From an uncultured delta proteobacterium (GTDB taxonomy: Bacteria > Desulfobacterota > Syntrophobacteria > BM002), in the NCBI GenBank assembly GCA_963712115.1, contig CAVQGX010000046.1:89282-153281 (forward strand): 64,000 nucleotides of DNA. Direction: 5' to 3'. The position numbers and the translations under genes were made by a program. The notes under the pieces were generated by a model. The model was not told the DNA's origin. It did not search any database and was given only the letters and a program-made list of their open reading frames with translations. Positions 49,774-60,070 of the stretch are shown here, piece after piece (position 1 is the stretch's first letter; every line of letters starts with the position of its first letter).

Positions 49774-51754
49774 ATGATTTCATTTGACAAAGTAAGTAAA
49801 TCCTTTGCCAAGCAAGACATTCTGCAGAACTGTTCCTTTCAGCTAAATGCTGGGGAGCGGGTGGGCATTATAGGAGCGAATGGTTCAGGTAAAAGCACGG
49901 TCTTCAAACTCCTCCTAGGCCTTGAACATCCTGATCAAGGTCAGATTTCCAAACCCAAGAATCTTCGTCTGGGATATTTACCTCAAGACGTCCTGCAATT
50001 TAGTGGTAAGACGGTCCTAGCTCAGGTCATGGATGTGGCAGAAGAAGTCCTGACAATCGAGAGAGAGCTCTCTTTGCTGGCCGACCTATTGGAAAAACCC
50101 CTGCCTGGAGCAGAGTTGGCCCATGCAGCTCAGCGCCAGAGCCGGCTGCTCGAAGAATATGAGAGGCTGGGTGGCTATGATCTCGAGGCCAGGGCCCGCA
50201 AGGTGCTCGGCGGCCTTGGCTTTGACTGAAGACGATATGCATAAGCCGGTTGAAGAGATGAGTGGCGGCTGGGCCATGCGAGTTGCCTTAGCCCGAATCC
50301 TCCTGGCAGAGCCAGATCTAATATTGCTCGACGAGCCCACCAACCATCTTGACCTGGACTCACTCATTTGGCTCGAGGACTATCTTGTTCAGACCCCGTC
50401 TTCACTTATGCTTGTTTCCCACGATCGGGTGTTTCTGGATAATGTTGTCCATAAACTCCTAGAATTGGAAAATGGACAGATAACCTCATACCCGGGAGAT
50501 TTCCAACATTACCTGGCAGAAAAGGAAAAAAAGATACAAAGCCAATGGTCTGCCTACAATAATCAGCAAGAGCAGATTCGTCAGGTAAAAAGGTTTATAG
50601 ATCGCAATCGAGCTCGCAAAGATCGGGCCCGCCAGGTACAAGGCCGCATTAAAATGCTGGACAAAATGGCCCTGATCAAACCGCCCACCTCCCCTGATCG
50701 CTTTTCCTTTACCTTCCCACCCCCGTCTCGTGCACCAAAGGTAGTGCTGGAACTGAAGAAAATTACCAAGAGCTATGGAGAGCAGGCTGTTTTCAGCGAT
50801 ATGGACCTTACCATCCAGCGAGGGGACCGGGTTGCACTTCTTGGTCCCAACGGAACAGGCAAGACCACCCTGGTCAAATTAATGGCAGGAGTACTTGACC
50901 CAGACAGCGGCCAACTGTCGCTCGGCAGTGGTGTTAGTATCGCCTATTTCGCCCAGCAGCAACTGGAGCTTCTCAATCCGCAGCAAACCGTGCTGGAATC
51001 CCTCAGTTCTATGGCCGGAGACATGGGTCAGGGTCAGCTGCGAAACCTTCTAGGCGGTTTCCTTTTCCGCAACCAGGAGGTGGACAAGCGTGTTTCGGTT
51101 CTCAGCGGCGGCGAGCGTAGCCGACTTCTCCTCTGTCAAATCCTGGTGCAGCAGGCAAACTTGCTCTTGTTGGATGAGCCCAATAACCACCTGGATATTC
51201 AAGGTCGCCGCGTTCTGGAAGAGGCTTTACAAGCATACAGAGGTACTATCTGTCTGGTGAGTCACGACCGCCACCTGATTAATGCTGTGGCAAATAAAGT
51301 TCTAGTAATTACAGAGGGGAAGGCAGAGACATTTCCTGGTAATTACGATGATTTTCAGGCGATCTGGAAAAAGCGCCTCCAAACTCCAGAGCTCGAGACC
51401 CAACCACCTTCGGACCAGAGTGGAACCACTATAGTTTCCAGGAAAAACAAAGAGCAAAAGAGATTGGAAGCCGCCTGGCGGAACGAACTCTCCCGCATGA
51501 AAGCACCACTTGCCCAACGAATGGAAAACTTGGAACAGACCATCGAGGGAATAACCTGCCGATTAGAGGAATTAAACCATCTTCTGGCGCAACCAGACAT
51601 CTATGAAAATGGTACTGACATAAAGCAACTGAATCGTGAATACACAGAGCTGAAAAGGTTCTTAGAGGAGCACAACCGGCAATGGGAGGAGACTGCTATA
51701 GAAATGGAAGCACTGGAGGAGTCCTTTTGGCAAGACAAGACACTTGTGAATTAA
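49774..51754 (+). pseudogene. ABC-F family ATPase split by a +1 frameshift near 50224
   Basis: ORF1 Walker A GANGSGKS ends LGGLGFD*; +1 frame continues TEDDM..MSGGW..LDEPTNHLD and a second ABC domain. Confidence 0.85.
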
Positions 51755-52116
51755 CAGTGACAGAGATTTGGAACAGAGAAAAGAAGGTGGCAAAACTTTA
51801 TCATTAAATTCAATTTGACCCATGATTTTCCCCTTGGTATGTTAATTTTTAGGCTCGTCCTCTCTAGACAGAGTCTGCCCATGCCTGATATCGTTTGAAA
51901 AGCAGAGAAAATGAAAAAAATCCTATCCTCTTGGAGGATTGGGATCGCAGAAAATTTTTCAATATCCTTCTAAAGAAGTTTGGCAATTAGTGGTTCCCTC
52001 TAACGATGTCTTAGCAGTGGCACAGCCTTTTTCATACATCAGGACAAAGCTCGGGTGGTAACCGAGGTAACCGAGAGCATCCCTACTAAATAATAAAGCT
52101 CCGATCCACATTTCTT

Positions 52117-53676
52117 ATGAAAAACCTCGATAAAGTGAATAATTCATTCATCCAGTCAGAAACCAAGCGAGACCTCCTCATTCTGCTTCTTCTCTCTGCG
52201 GCTCTAAAGATCTCAATATCTTTATTCACCAAGGTGATCAACCACGACGGAGTGCTTTACATCACAGCGGCGCAAAAGCTCGCTGCAGGGTCTTTTAAGG
52301 AGGCACTAGACATTCATGGAATGCCCCTCTACCCCCTATTCATAGTTCTAACACACTATGTTGTCCCAAATTGGGTAGCAGCCGCACGTCTTGTCTCAGT
52401 CGTAGCTTCGATTCTGACTATCATCCCTCTTTACCTTCTCACAAAAGAGATCTTCTCCCGTAAGGCTGCTCTGTGGGCCTGTGCTGCTTTTGCGCTGCTA
52501 CCTTTATCGAACCACTTGTCAGTTGAGATTATTCGTGACCCCCTATTCCTTTTCTTCCTTGCATGGGCTACCTACTTTGCTATTCTTGCTATAAATTCAA
52601 AGAGATTATTGCACTTCTTGCTGAGTTCTCTTTTTTGCTCCTTTTCCATTTTTTTCAGGATCGAAGGTCTAGTTTTGTACTTGTTTTACCTTCTTTTCAT
52701 CCTCCACCTGTTTTTACGGAGATCACAGGAGAGAAGAAATCTGCTTAAAGGTATATCGATATACATCGCTCCTACCCTTTTACTATTCATTATAAGTTCA
52801 TTTATATTTCCAGTAGGGTGGTCGTCAACTTTCACAAATAGTGCAATCATTTTAGAGATAAGGAGATTCTTGAATCTGGGGTTCCTAGAAAATTACAAAT
52901 TAATCTACAATCAACTAATAAAATTTGAATCCACAACGCCGAATAGAGCAAATGTCCAAAATTTCATCGAAATCGTTATACATTACATGCCCATAATTTA
53001 TTTGTTTGGACTGCTACATAGCTTCATCAAAGCACTTTTTCCAATATACCTCATACCGCTGGTAGTGGGATTCTGGCATGCGAGAAATCGGAATAGTGCC
53101 TTTATACTTTTGTTGGCGGGTTGTTATCTCTTGATGTCTTACTATTATTTAATAAGAATGGATTCTGTTCGAGTGAGATTTTTGCTCACGCCTGCCTTTC
53201 TATTGCATCCTTGGATTGGATTTGGAATAGACCGACTTTACACTTATGTAAAAGGTTCATCCAGGCGACGCCTGTTCACAATCTTACTTGTAATCTTTTT
53301 CGCACTACTGCCCGCTTACAGATCTTTGAAAATCATCTGGAAACAAGACACCGTCCTTCTAGAAGCTGGCAAGTGGATCGCAGCCGTCCCGCAGTTTCAA
53401 GCAGCAGAAATCATTACCACCGACAGAAGAGTCGCATTTTACGCAGGTCGCGGAGCAGACTTTGTCTTTTACCCAAAATCAGATTACTCCGAGATGGAAA
53501 CATTTGCCGCAAAAGAGGAAATGGATCTCCTGATCGTTAAGACGTCCAAAAAAAAGAAAAATCAGACTCCTCGCTTTAAAAAGTATAGAAAAGTTGAGGA
53601 ATTCGTAGGAGTGAAAGACATTGTTAGCATCTACTGTTCTCCCAGACTTTACGGAACAGTTAAAGGTAAAATATGA
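52117..53676 (+). CDS. GT39/ArnT-like membrane glycosyltransferase
   Basis: INHDGVLY, PLYP, IIRDP, RIEG; many TM segments; AT-richer than neighbours. Confidence 0.7.
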   Translation: MKNLDKVNNSFIQSETKRDLLILLLLSAALKISISLFTKVINHDGVLYITAAQKLAAGSFKEALDIHGMPLYPLFIVLTHYVVPNWVAAARLVSVVASILTIIPLYLLTKEIFSRKAALWACAAFALLPLSNHLSVEIIRDPLFLFFLAWATYFAILAINSKRLLHFLLSSLFCSFSIFFRIEGLVLYLFYLLFILHLFLRRSQERRNLLKGISIYIAPTLLLFIISSFIFPVGWSSTFTNSAIILEIRRFLNLGFLENYKLIYNQLIKFESTTPNRANVQNFIEIVIHYMPIIYLFGLLHSFIKALFPIYLIPLVVGFWHARNRNSAFILLLAGCYLLMSYYYLIRMDSVRVRFLLTPAFLLHPWIGFGIDRLYTYVKGSSRRRLFTILLVIFFALLPAYRSLKIIWKQDTVLLEAGKWIAAVPQFQAAEIITTDRRVAFYAGRGADFVFYPKSDYSEMETFAAKEEMDLLIVKTSKKKKNQTPRFKKYRKVEEFVGVKDIVSIYCSPRLYGTVKGKI

Positions 53677-53822
53677 TGATCGAAAATACAAACTGACTTT
53701 TCTTCTTTAAAGATTTGCCAAGGGAGGCACTCGCGCCTCTTCCCAGACATGCAACGTCCTACGCTGGCGATTAGCTTAATGATCTTGACAGCAAAACCTC
53801 TAACTGCTAGAAATCATTGACA

Positions 53823-53915
53823 GGAGGGATGGCCGAGAGGTTGAAGGCGGCGGTCTTGAAAACCGTTGTCCCGTGATGAGCGGGACCGGGGGTTCGAATC
53901 CCTCTCCCTCCGCCA
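53823..53915 (+). tRNA. tRNA-Ser(UGA)
   Basis: GGAGGGA/TCCCTCC acceptor stem, anticodon loop CT-TGA-AA, long variable arm, GGTTCGAATCC, G73-CCA; upstream TTGACA 53785. Confidence 0.95.
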
Positions 53916-54036
53916 CTGCCAACTGGCAGCCGGCAGGAGGCAGCTAGCAGCGAAGGGATCTGACCCAATTGTAATTTAGATTAATATTCGGTTCGTCGGC
54001 TGAGAGCTGACCGCTGAAGGCTAATAGCTAAAAACC

Positions 54037-54130
54037 GGAGAGATGGCCGAGTTGGCTGAAGGCGCTCGCCTGCTAAGCGAGTGTAGGGTGAAAAGCTCTA
54101 CCGAGGGTTCGAATCCCTCTCTCTCCGCCA
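54037..54130 (+). tRNA. tRNA-Ser(GCU), probable integration site
   Basis: GGAGAGA/TCTCTCC acceptor stem, CT-GCT-AA loop, long variable arm, CCA end. Confidence 0.95.
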
Positions 54131-54142
54131 TTTCAATAACTT

Positions 54143-54170
54143 AGCCCAGGTTAATCCTGGGCTTTTTTAT
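54143..54170 (+). terminator. Intrinsic terminator after tRNAs
   Basis: AGCCCAGG-ttaat-CCTGGGCT-TTTTT. Confidence 0.8.
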
Positions 54171-54185
54171 TCTCTTTACCTTCCT

Positions 54186-55199
54186 CTAGTGTGCCACTTT
54201 GCCGTTTAAAATTCTCACAACCTCGTACACACTCGCCTCGATGGAGTGCAAATAACTCTCCGTGGTGGCCTGCCTCCGGTGGCGTAGAAGTTTCTGGATT
54301 TGCTTCATGGAAGCCTTGCCAGAATCATTCAAAAGGCTTGAGACATGGTGCCGGATCGCATGAAAGCCAAAAGGCTTTACTCCTGACCTCTTGCAAAGCT
54401 TTCCCATCATGTAACGCAATTGATGGCCACTGAATTGGAACACGTGAGGACTTGTCTTGTCTCTCCGCTTCCAGCGATTATGAAGCACATTATGGAGAGT
54501 GTCATTCATGGGAAGATAATCTTCCTGTAATTCACCGCCCCTACGCTTCCTAGTATAAAGTCTCACCCAGCGTTGCTCAAAGTTCACATCCTCCCAAGTT
54601 AGTCTTACGACCTCACTCCTGCGTGCTAAAAGATGGTAAAGCGCATCCAGAAAGTCCCTCTCATCCACGGTAGCTGCTATCCGCACTTTGTCAATGTCCT
54701 CAGGAGGTGGAACATAAGGTCGATACGGTTCTTCTGGATACTTCTCTATGGGATCGCATGGGTTTCTGCCTTCTATGACCTCCTGGCGGAGGCCCCAGTT
54801 GTAAAGTGCCTTTAGATCACGGAGATCCCTGTTCGCAGTCTTGGCACCATTTCTTGCCGCCCTAACATTTAGATAATCGCTGATCTGTTTAGTAGTAATT
54901 ATCGCAACTGGGACGTCAGCGCCCAAAGAAGCCAAAAATGACCGATAAACAAAAGCCTTTTGCCGAACAGTATTAAGTCTCATCCGCGCTTTTATGTCAT
55001 CAAGATACGCTGTCGCCAACTCCTGAAAGGAGGGCATAGGGATCTCTTTTGGCGGAAGGGCGTTTAACTCTTGTCGCTTCTTGGCCTCCCATAGCACCGC
55101 TGCTCGCCTGGTCTGAAAGCCTTCTTTTTTGATCCGTTCGCCCTGGTGCTGGAACTTGGACACCCACCATCCTCGATTTTTGCTCTTCCAGACGCCCAT
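54186..55199 (-). CDS. Tyrosine recombinase/integrase
   Basis: Arm-binding N-terminus (KEGFQTRRAA), ARRSE, HAIRH, LRH...TTESY. Confidence 0.92.
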   Translation of the reverse strand: MGVWKSKNRGWWVSKFQHQGERIKKEGFQTRRAAVLWEAKKRQELNALPPKEIPMPSFQELATAYLDDIKARMRLNTVRQKAFVYRSFLASLGADVPVAIITTKQISDYLNVRAARNGAKTANRDLRDLKALYNWGLRQEVIEGRNPCDPIEKYPEEPYRPYVPPPEDIDKVRIAATVDERDFLDALYHLLARRSEVVRLTWEDVNFEQRWVRLYTRKRRGGELQEDYLPMNDTLHNVLHNRWKRRDKTSPHVFQFSGHQLRYMMGKLCKRSGVKPFGFHAIRHHVSSLLNDSGKASMKQIQKLLRHRRQATTESYLHSIEASVYEVVRILNGKVAH

Positions 55200-55371
55200 A
55201 GTTACCCCTTTCCTTCAAATAGGCCAAAACGTCATCCACATCGAATCTCGCACCACGAAGGTCACGGCCTACTCCTATGAAGAAATGCGGATACTCTCGC
55301 CAGACCTTACGCAAAAGACTGATGCTACATTTGAGCTCTTTCGCAAGGCCCTCTGCATCAACTATGGACAT
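55000..55371 (-). CDS. Excisionase-like HTH protein (tail overlaps int)
   Basis: AEGLAKELKCSISLLRK...RFDVDDVLAYL; immediately upstream of int. Confidence 0.6.
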   Translation of the reverse strand: MSIVDAEGLAKELKCSISLLRKVWREYPHFFIGVGRDLRGARFDVDDVLAYLKERGNYGRLEEQKSRMVGVQVPAPGRTDQKRRLSDQASSGAMGGQEATRVKRPSAKRDPYALLSGVGDSVS

Positions 55372-55463
55372 AATTCCTTATTCCATAATAAATGTCCACC
55401 TATCAGCTTCTTATGGATATTGTCGCTAAACTTATCCGAACGCATCTTTGTGTATTTCCTCAT
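55362..55463 (-). CDS. 33-aa ORF coupled to xis
   Basis: AAGGAGGT RBS; 3' end overlaps the xis start. Confidence 0.35.
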   Translation of the reverse strand: MRKYTKMRSDKFSDNIHKKLIGGHLLWNKELCP

Positions 55464-56247
55464 TCGAAAAACCTCCTTACAAGAAACCTTGGACAAAAAA
55501 ATCTGAACAAATACCTTTGCTTCTGCACAATGGCTTCTAGGTTAATAGAAATATAGTCAAATAACACTCTAGAGGATTTAGGTAGTCCATAATTTTTGAG
55601 TCCTATCTTACTAGCTCCAATTTCTTCCTTGACTGTTTACCTGAGCTGGATCGAAACTTCTTACCCTTTGTAACTCTGGTAACACTTTCATCTTTTACTT
55701 TAAATTTCAATGTTTTATTACGCTTCATACCGGTAACTCCTTGGGTAACTCTGTGGGACTTTCCAGCTTTTACCGGAGTTACCATGTTCTCTGAGTTACC
55801 AAAGTTACCAGAGTTACCACTTATATACTCCCCGTACCTTTTCTTCTTTACCTCACCACTCTTATACATAGTAAATAGAAGTTTTTTGGTGGCACCATGG
55901 TTTCTTCCCAGGTGCTTAGCTATTTTTTTAGGAGTAAGTGGTTCATCTGCATCTCGTAATAGATCAAGGACTTCTTGGCGCTCTTTACTTCTCTCGAAGT
56001 CCTCGGCATTGCCAAGCAGGTGCCAAGTAAATGTAGCTTGATCAAATTTTAGAGCTACTTCTTTCTCTTCTACGTCTCTACCAGTGATAGATAAAACTGC
56101 ATCAGCCCTCATCCTCCCCTTTTGGAGAATTAAAATCGTATCCGCCGCTGCGTTGAGGCCTAATGTCCCGCTCACAGAGTCAAACACATCTTCAGCAGGC
56201 TCTTTCCTAAGATGATGTACTGGAATGACCCCTTAAATCTGCACAAA

Positions 56248-57066
56248 TCAGAGCAAGCTGATGAGAGCGTCCTGAGAGGGGTTCTGGGTTGATTTCAGCA
56301 TAGACTCATATTCATTCGGAGGACAATAGCCAATAGCAGAATGAAGCCGCTTTTGGTTGTAAACGTCATCGATAAAATAAGGAATTCTTCTTTGCACATC
56401 TTCCATGGTGCGATATTCCCAAAGATGCACTTCCTCCGATTTTAGGGTTTTCATAAAACTTTCAACATAAGCATTATCAAAGGGGTTGCCTTTGCGGCTC
56501 ATGCTTATTTGAAACCGATAAAACTCGAGCTCTTTGATATAATCTTTGGACGCATATTGCACACCGCGATCGGAATGATGAATGCAGCCCGGAGCTGGAT
56601 TGCGCTGGTCAATGGCCATGCGTAAAGCAGAAAGTGTCAGCTCCGTATCCAGATTGCGTGAGAGCGCATAGCCAATGGCCTTTCTGGAATATACGTCCAG
56701 AATGACCGCCAGGTACATAAAACATACCATGATATGGATGTACGTAATATCAGCCACCCACAACTGGTTTATACCATCCACTGTGCGATCCTGGATCAGG
56801 TTGGGATAAACCCTAAAATTGTGGTTGCTATCGGTTGTGCAGATCCATTTACGCTTGCGCGGTCGACAGCTCCAGCCCTTCTCACGCATGATCCGGGCAA
56901 CTTTCTTGTGGTTGATGATCCAGCCTTCGCGTTGAAGCTGTTTGGTTACCCGGCGATATCCGTACCGGGGAAAGTCCAGGCACATTTGCTCCATACGCTT
57001 AATCAGTGCTTGATCAGAAGGCTTTTTCTTCGGCTTATAATAATATGTTCGTCTGGGCAGTTTCAT
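56248..57066 (-). CDS. IS3 transposase OrfB (DDE)
   Basis: YGYRRV, WVADITY, HHSDRGVQY, DNAYVESF. Confidence 0.95.
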   Translation of the reverse strand: MKLPRRTYYYKPKKKPSDQALIKRMEQMCLDFPRYGYRRVTKQLQREGWIINHKKVARIMREKGWSCRPRKRKWICTTDSNHNFRVYPNLIQDRTVDGINQLWVADITYIHIMVCFMYLAVILDVYSRKAIGYALSRNLDTELTLSALRMAIDQRNPAPGCIHHSDRGVQYASKDYIKELEFYRFQISMSRKGNPFDNAYVESFMKTLKSEEVHLWEYRTMEDVQRRIPYFIDDVYNQKRLHSAIGYCPPNEYESMLKSTQNPSQDALISLL

Positions 57067-57413
57067 CAGTTCGCACCCCCTTTCAACACTTTGGATGAGG
57101 GCGCGGTTTTCGGTAATGAACTTTGCTTTTTCTCGGCTTGTTTGAGGCTGTTGCGTACAGCTTTTTTTAAGAATTCATTTTCCAGTGTGACTTTGCCCAA
57201 CAGCCTCTCAAGTTCCCGGACGCGAGCTTCCAGTTCGGCTTCCCGGGATGGCTCCGGATCCAGCTTGCCGTCGGCATACTGTTTTTTCCAGGTGTAAAGC
57301 TGTCCGGAAGCGATGTTATAACGCCGGCACAGTTCAGCAGGGCCGGCAGTCTCACTGAGCAACTGCTCAACGACCGATCTTTTAAAATCTTGAGTGAACC
57401 GTCTTCGTTTCAT
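57066..57413 (-). CDS. IS3 transposase OrfA
   Basis: HTH plus leucine zipper ending ENEFLKKA; A7G slippery site 57161-57168. Confidence 0.92.
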   Translation of the reverse strand: MKRRRFTQDFKRSVVEQLLSETAGPAELCRRYNIASGQLYTWKKQYADGKLDPEPSREAELEARVRELERLLGKVTLENEFLKKAVRNSLKQAEKKQSSLPKTAPSSKVLKGGAN

Positions 57414-58926
57414 CTCGGGGTCCTTTCGCCTTCCTTCGGGAGGCTGTAACCCTCTCTTAACACTCAACTACTTTTTGTGCAATCGAAGGGGTTCACTCCA
57501 TACTACCAATACAGACAGTTGATACTCCTCTGCCAATTCCTTAAATCCTTCGAGTGCGAGATAATCTTCCAATTGGAGATTCCCGTGTTTCCTGGGACGG
57601 TGTCTAATCCTAGCTAGGGTGTCCACGATTACCAGCTTAATATGCGGGTGTTGTTTGATCCATTTCTTAAAATGATCAATTCCTCCCTCATCTACCTTAG
57701 GCCATGAAGTGTATAGATAAAGATCATTAGGTGCAGGTGCTCCCTGCAGTACCTTCTCTAAACGTTGCTTGAGTCGTTTAAAATTGTCCTCCAAGGACAA
57801 GTAGATAACACTACCTCGCACAACATCTACCTTTCCCAGGGCTTTGTTTCCAATAGTAATGGCCACAGCAAGATTGAGTGCTGCAAACGACTTCCCCATC
57901 TTTGGCTTGCCGCATAAAAGGGTTAACCCTTCGGGCAGTATACCTGGGACGACCCAGTATGGCTCTTTTAACTCTTTGGCCATGAGTTCGGCAGCTGTAT
58001 ATCCTTTCGGTTGTTCTCTTTTTCTCGCTTCAATATATGCTTTTCCTGGCGGATACTTCCATGCAGATTCAATCTTGCGGAGTGCCTCTTCTTCTGGAAA
58101 TGGCGGACTGCAGTTTGCAGCCGCCTTTATCACCAAAACATAGGCTTCATCTTTCGACATTTTCTTGGCCCGGAGTTGGCAGGCATACCTAAAAAGCTCT
58201 ATATCCCTTCGACCTTCAGGAACACCTTCCAGTATTTCTGTAGGGTCTACTCTGGAATGGGATTTAAATAGATCTTCATGTCTTGGACCTTCAAGTTCAT
58301 CCAAAAGCCATTTAGGGCATGGAGCAATTGCCACAGTTTTGGGATCACTTGAGAGTGCCCACCTGTACCTCCTTCCAGATACATGCAAACTCGGAGGGGC
58401 AACGATATAACCACCATCAGCTTTAACGTCCACTCCCTGCCTAATACTCGCCTTGCTCTTAATCACACTCCCTGGATGAGCAAAAATGATATGGTGACCT
58501 CCACCGCCCGTAATGGTCTCAGCAGTGTCAGGGAGCTCATCATGCTGCTGTTCTAGCTCAAGTAATGAATCCTCGCCGCCATGTCTTGAATCAATGTCCA
58601 GGACCAATAGCCCAGATTCTTGGCCGGTGACTACACCCACATTTGCATCAGGCCACTTTTCCCACCATTTCCTGATGAAAGAGCGATAAGTTGTCGCATC
58701 TTTATGCCCGTTCTTCGTACGAGGATGCTTACCAATGCTCTTACAGTCCTTCTTTTTGCACGAGCAACCGTTCTTGGTGGGGGTGTGCAATGGAAACACA
58801 GGCCAACCTCGTGCAGCATAAGAAAGTGCTGACTTAAGCGGTCTTTTATCTTTGGTATTCATTGCAATTCACCTTGAATGAGCTATGGCCTGTTGCGATA
58901 CCCGATAAGCAATCTCTGATTCTCAA

Positions 58927-59139
58927 TTACTTGCTGCTCACATCTAACTTTTCGGCCAAGCGTTGCAGCTCTCTCTCAATCGCTCGTGGGATCTCCTTCT
59001 TACCAGTCAGCCACCTTGACACAAGAGGTTGAGAGACATTGAAGTAGAGAGCAAGGAGATCCTGAGTGACTCCATGCTTCTTAAAAGCTGATTTTGTCCT
59101 GTGCGGTTTCGGTTTCAGTACTTCTAGTTCTTTGATCAT
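58927..59139 (-). CDS. Cro/XRE-like HTH protein
   Basis: VTQDLLALYFNVSQPLVSRWLTG; AAAGGAGG RBS. Confidence 0.8.
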   Translation of the reverse strand: MIKELEVLKPKPHRTKSAFKKHGVTQDLLALYFNVSQPLVSRWLTGKKEIPRAIERELQRLAEKLDVSSK

Positions 59140-59930
59140 GGCAGTTGCCTCCTTTCCTTTATGCCGCTCTCTAGGCGGCTAAGTCATGACTTTGACTTCT
59201 ATTGAAGTCCATGCTATACAAAAAAGAGCTGGGGTTGCGGAGCCTCTTCGAGAGAAAAAAGCTCCGAAACTTTAGTTTTCAGCGAAAGCCGCTCTGGGTT
59301 GCCAGCCATGGGGAGCGGCTTTTGCATTATGATTACTATCCTATCACTTCTAAGTAATGCTTCAACTTCAAAATCTACGTGGTCATTTGCGACGATAGGT
59401 CGCACCTAGTCTAACAACTCAAGCTAAGTAGTATGCTATCTCGGCAGCGTTTCGATTATGCTACCCCAATAGACAAAATCTCATTCTCCTCCGGTGCTCT
59501 CGCCTCGACAACTGACAAAATATTGTGCCAATTTAGATACCAGCAAAAGTGTGAATTAAGGGATGTAATAGCCACTCTGCTCCCTCCATTTTGCGCCAGC
59601 CGTTTAATCTCAGAAATGGTGGTTTTTCGTATTGACGGGATCCGAATCGCTACTGTAGTCTTATCTGTATAAGAGTATAGTTAAGAACAGGGTAAGGTAC
59701 TCTACTTTCTATTATGATTCGGTTCCCCTGCGGTCTTGATGATTGGTAGATATTTTCTGAATCAACACTTACAAACGGGGACCCTTCCTTGGAACGGTGT
59801 GCCGCATCGGTTAACCCGAAGCGCCTAAAGGACCAACAGGGACCTCATCTAGTTACGAAGGGTTCAAGACAGTCTGCCAACATCACTTCCGCAGGGGCTT
59901 TTTTGTCGGAGCTTCGGCTCCGCTTTTTTG

Positions 59931-60050
59931 TTGGCATCGGGTTTGCGTTAAGGGTGCCTGGTATTAGTATTCTGTTCCGCTTCACACATCTCCTTATCTT
60001 TAATAAGCCTCCACCGACCGAGTGCGGATGGTTGGTGGGGGTTCTTTTTT
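59931..60050 (+). ncRNA. Candidate sigma54-dependent small RNA with its promoter
   Basis: TTGGCATCGGGTTTGC (GG-N10-GC), no ORF, CATCTCCTT, terminator CCTCCACCGACC/GGTTGGTGGGGG plus T-tract. Confidence 0.45.
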
Positions 60051-60070
60051 CTTCCATTTTCAACTTCACC

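Larger units (their letters stand above)
56221..57500 (-). mobile_element. IS3-family insertion sequence, 1280 bp
   Basis: TG...CA ends, imperfect TIRs TGGAATGACCCCTT / AAGGGGTTCACTCCA, TAC target duplication. Confidence 0.95.
55603..58862 (-). pseudogene. Prim-Pol + PriCT-like + AAA_25 helicase + wHTH replicase, interrupted by IS3
   Basis: WPVFPL, GKHP, LDID, GGGHH, GYIVAPPS; Walker A GKPKMGKS; removing IS and one TSD restores VLVVHHLRK (658 aa). Confidence 0.9.

Noticed and set aside
50220-50226. CTTTGAC matching the prfB frameshift site
   Set aside because: CTT-TGA is not in the ORF1 frame and no internal SD lies 3 nt upstream.
50227-50229. Selenocysteine readthrough of the ABC-F TGA
   Set aside because: The protein continues in a different frame, not past the TGA.
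52056-52075. GGTAACCGAG tandem copy resembling the element's iterons
   Set aside because: Outside the element, only two copies, no inverted set.
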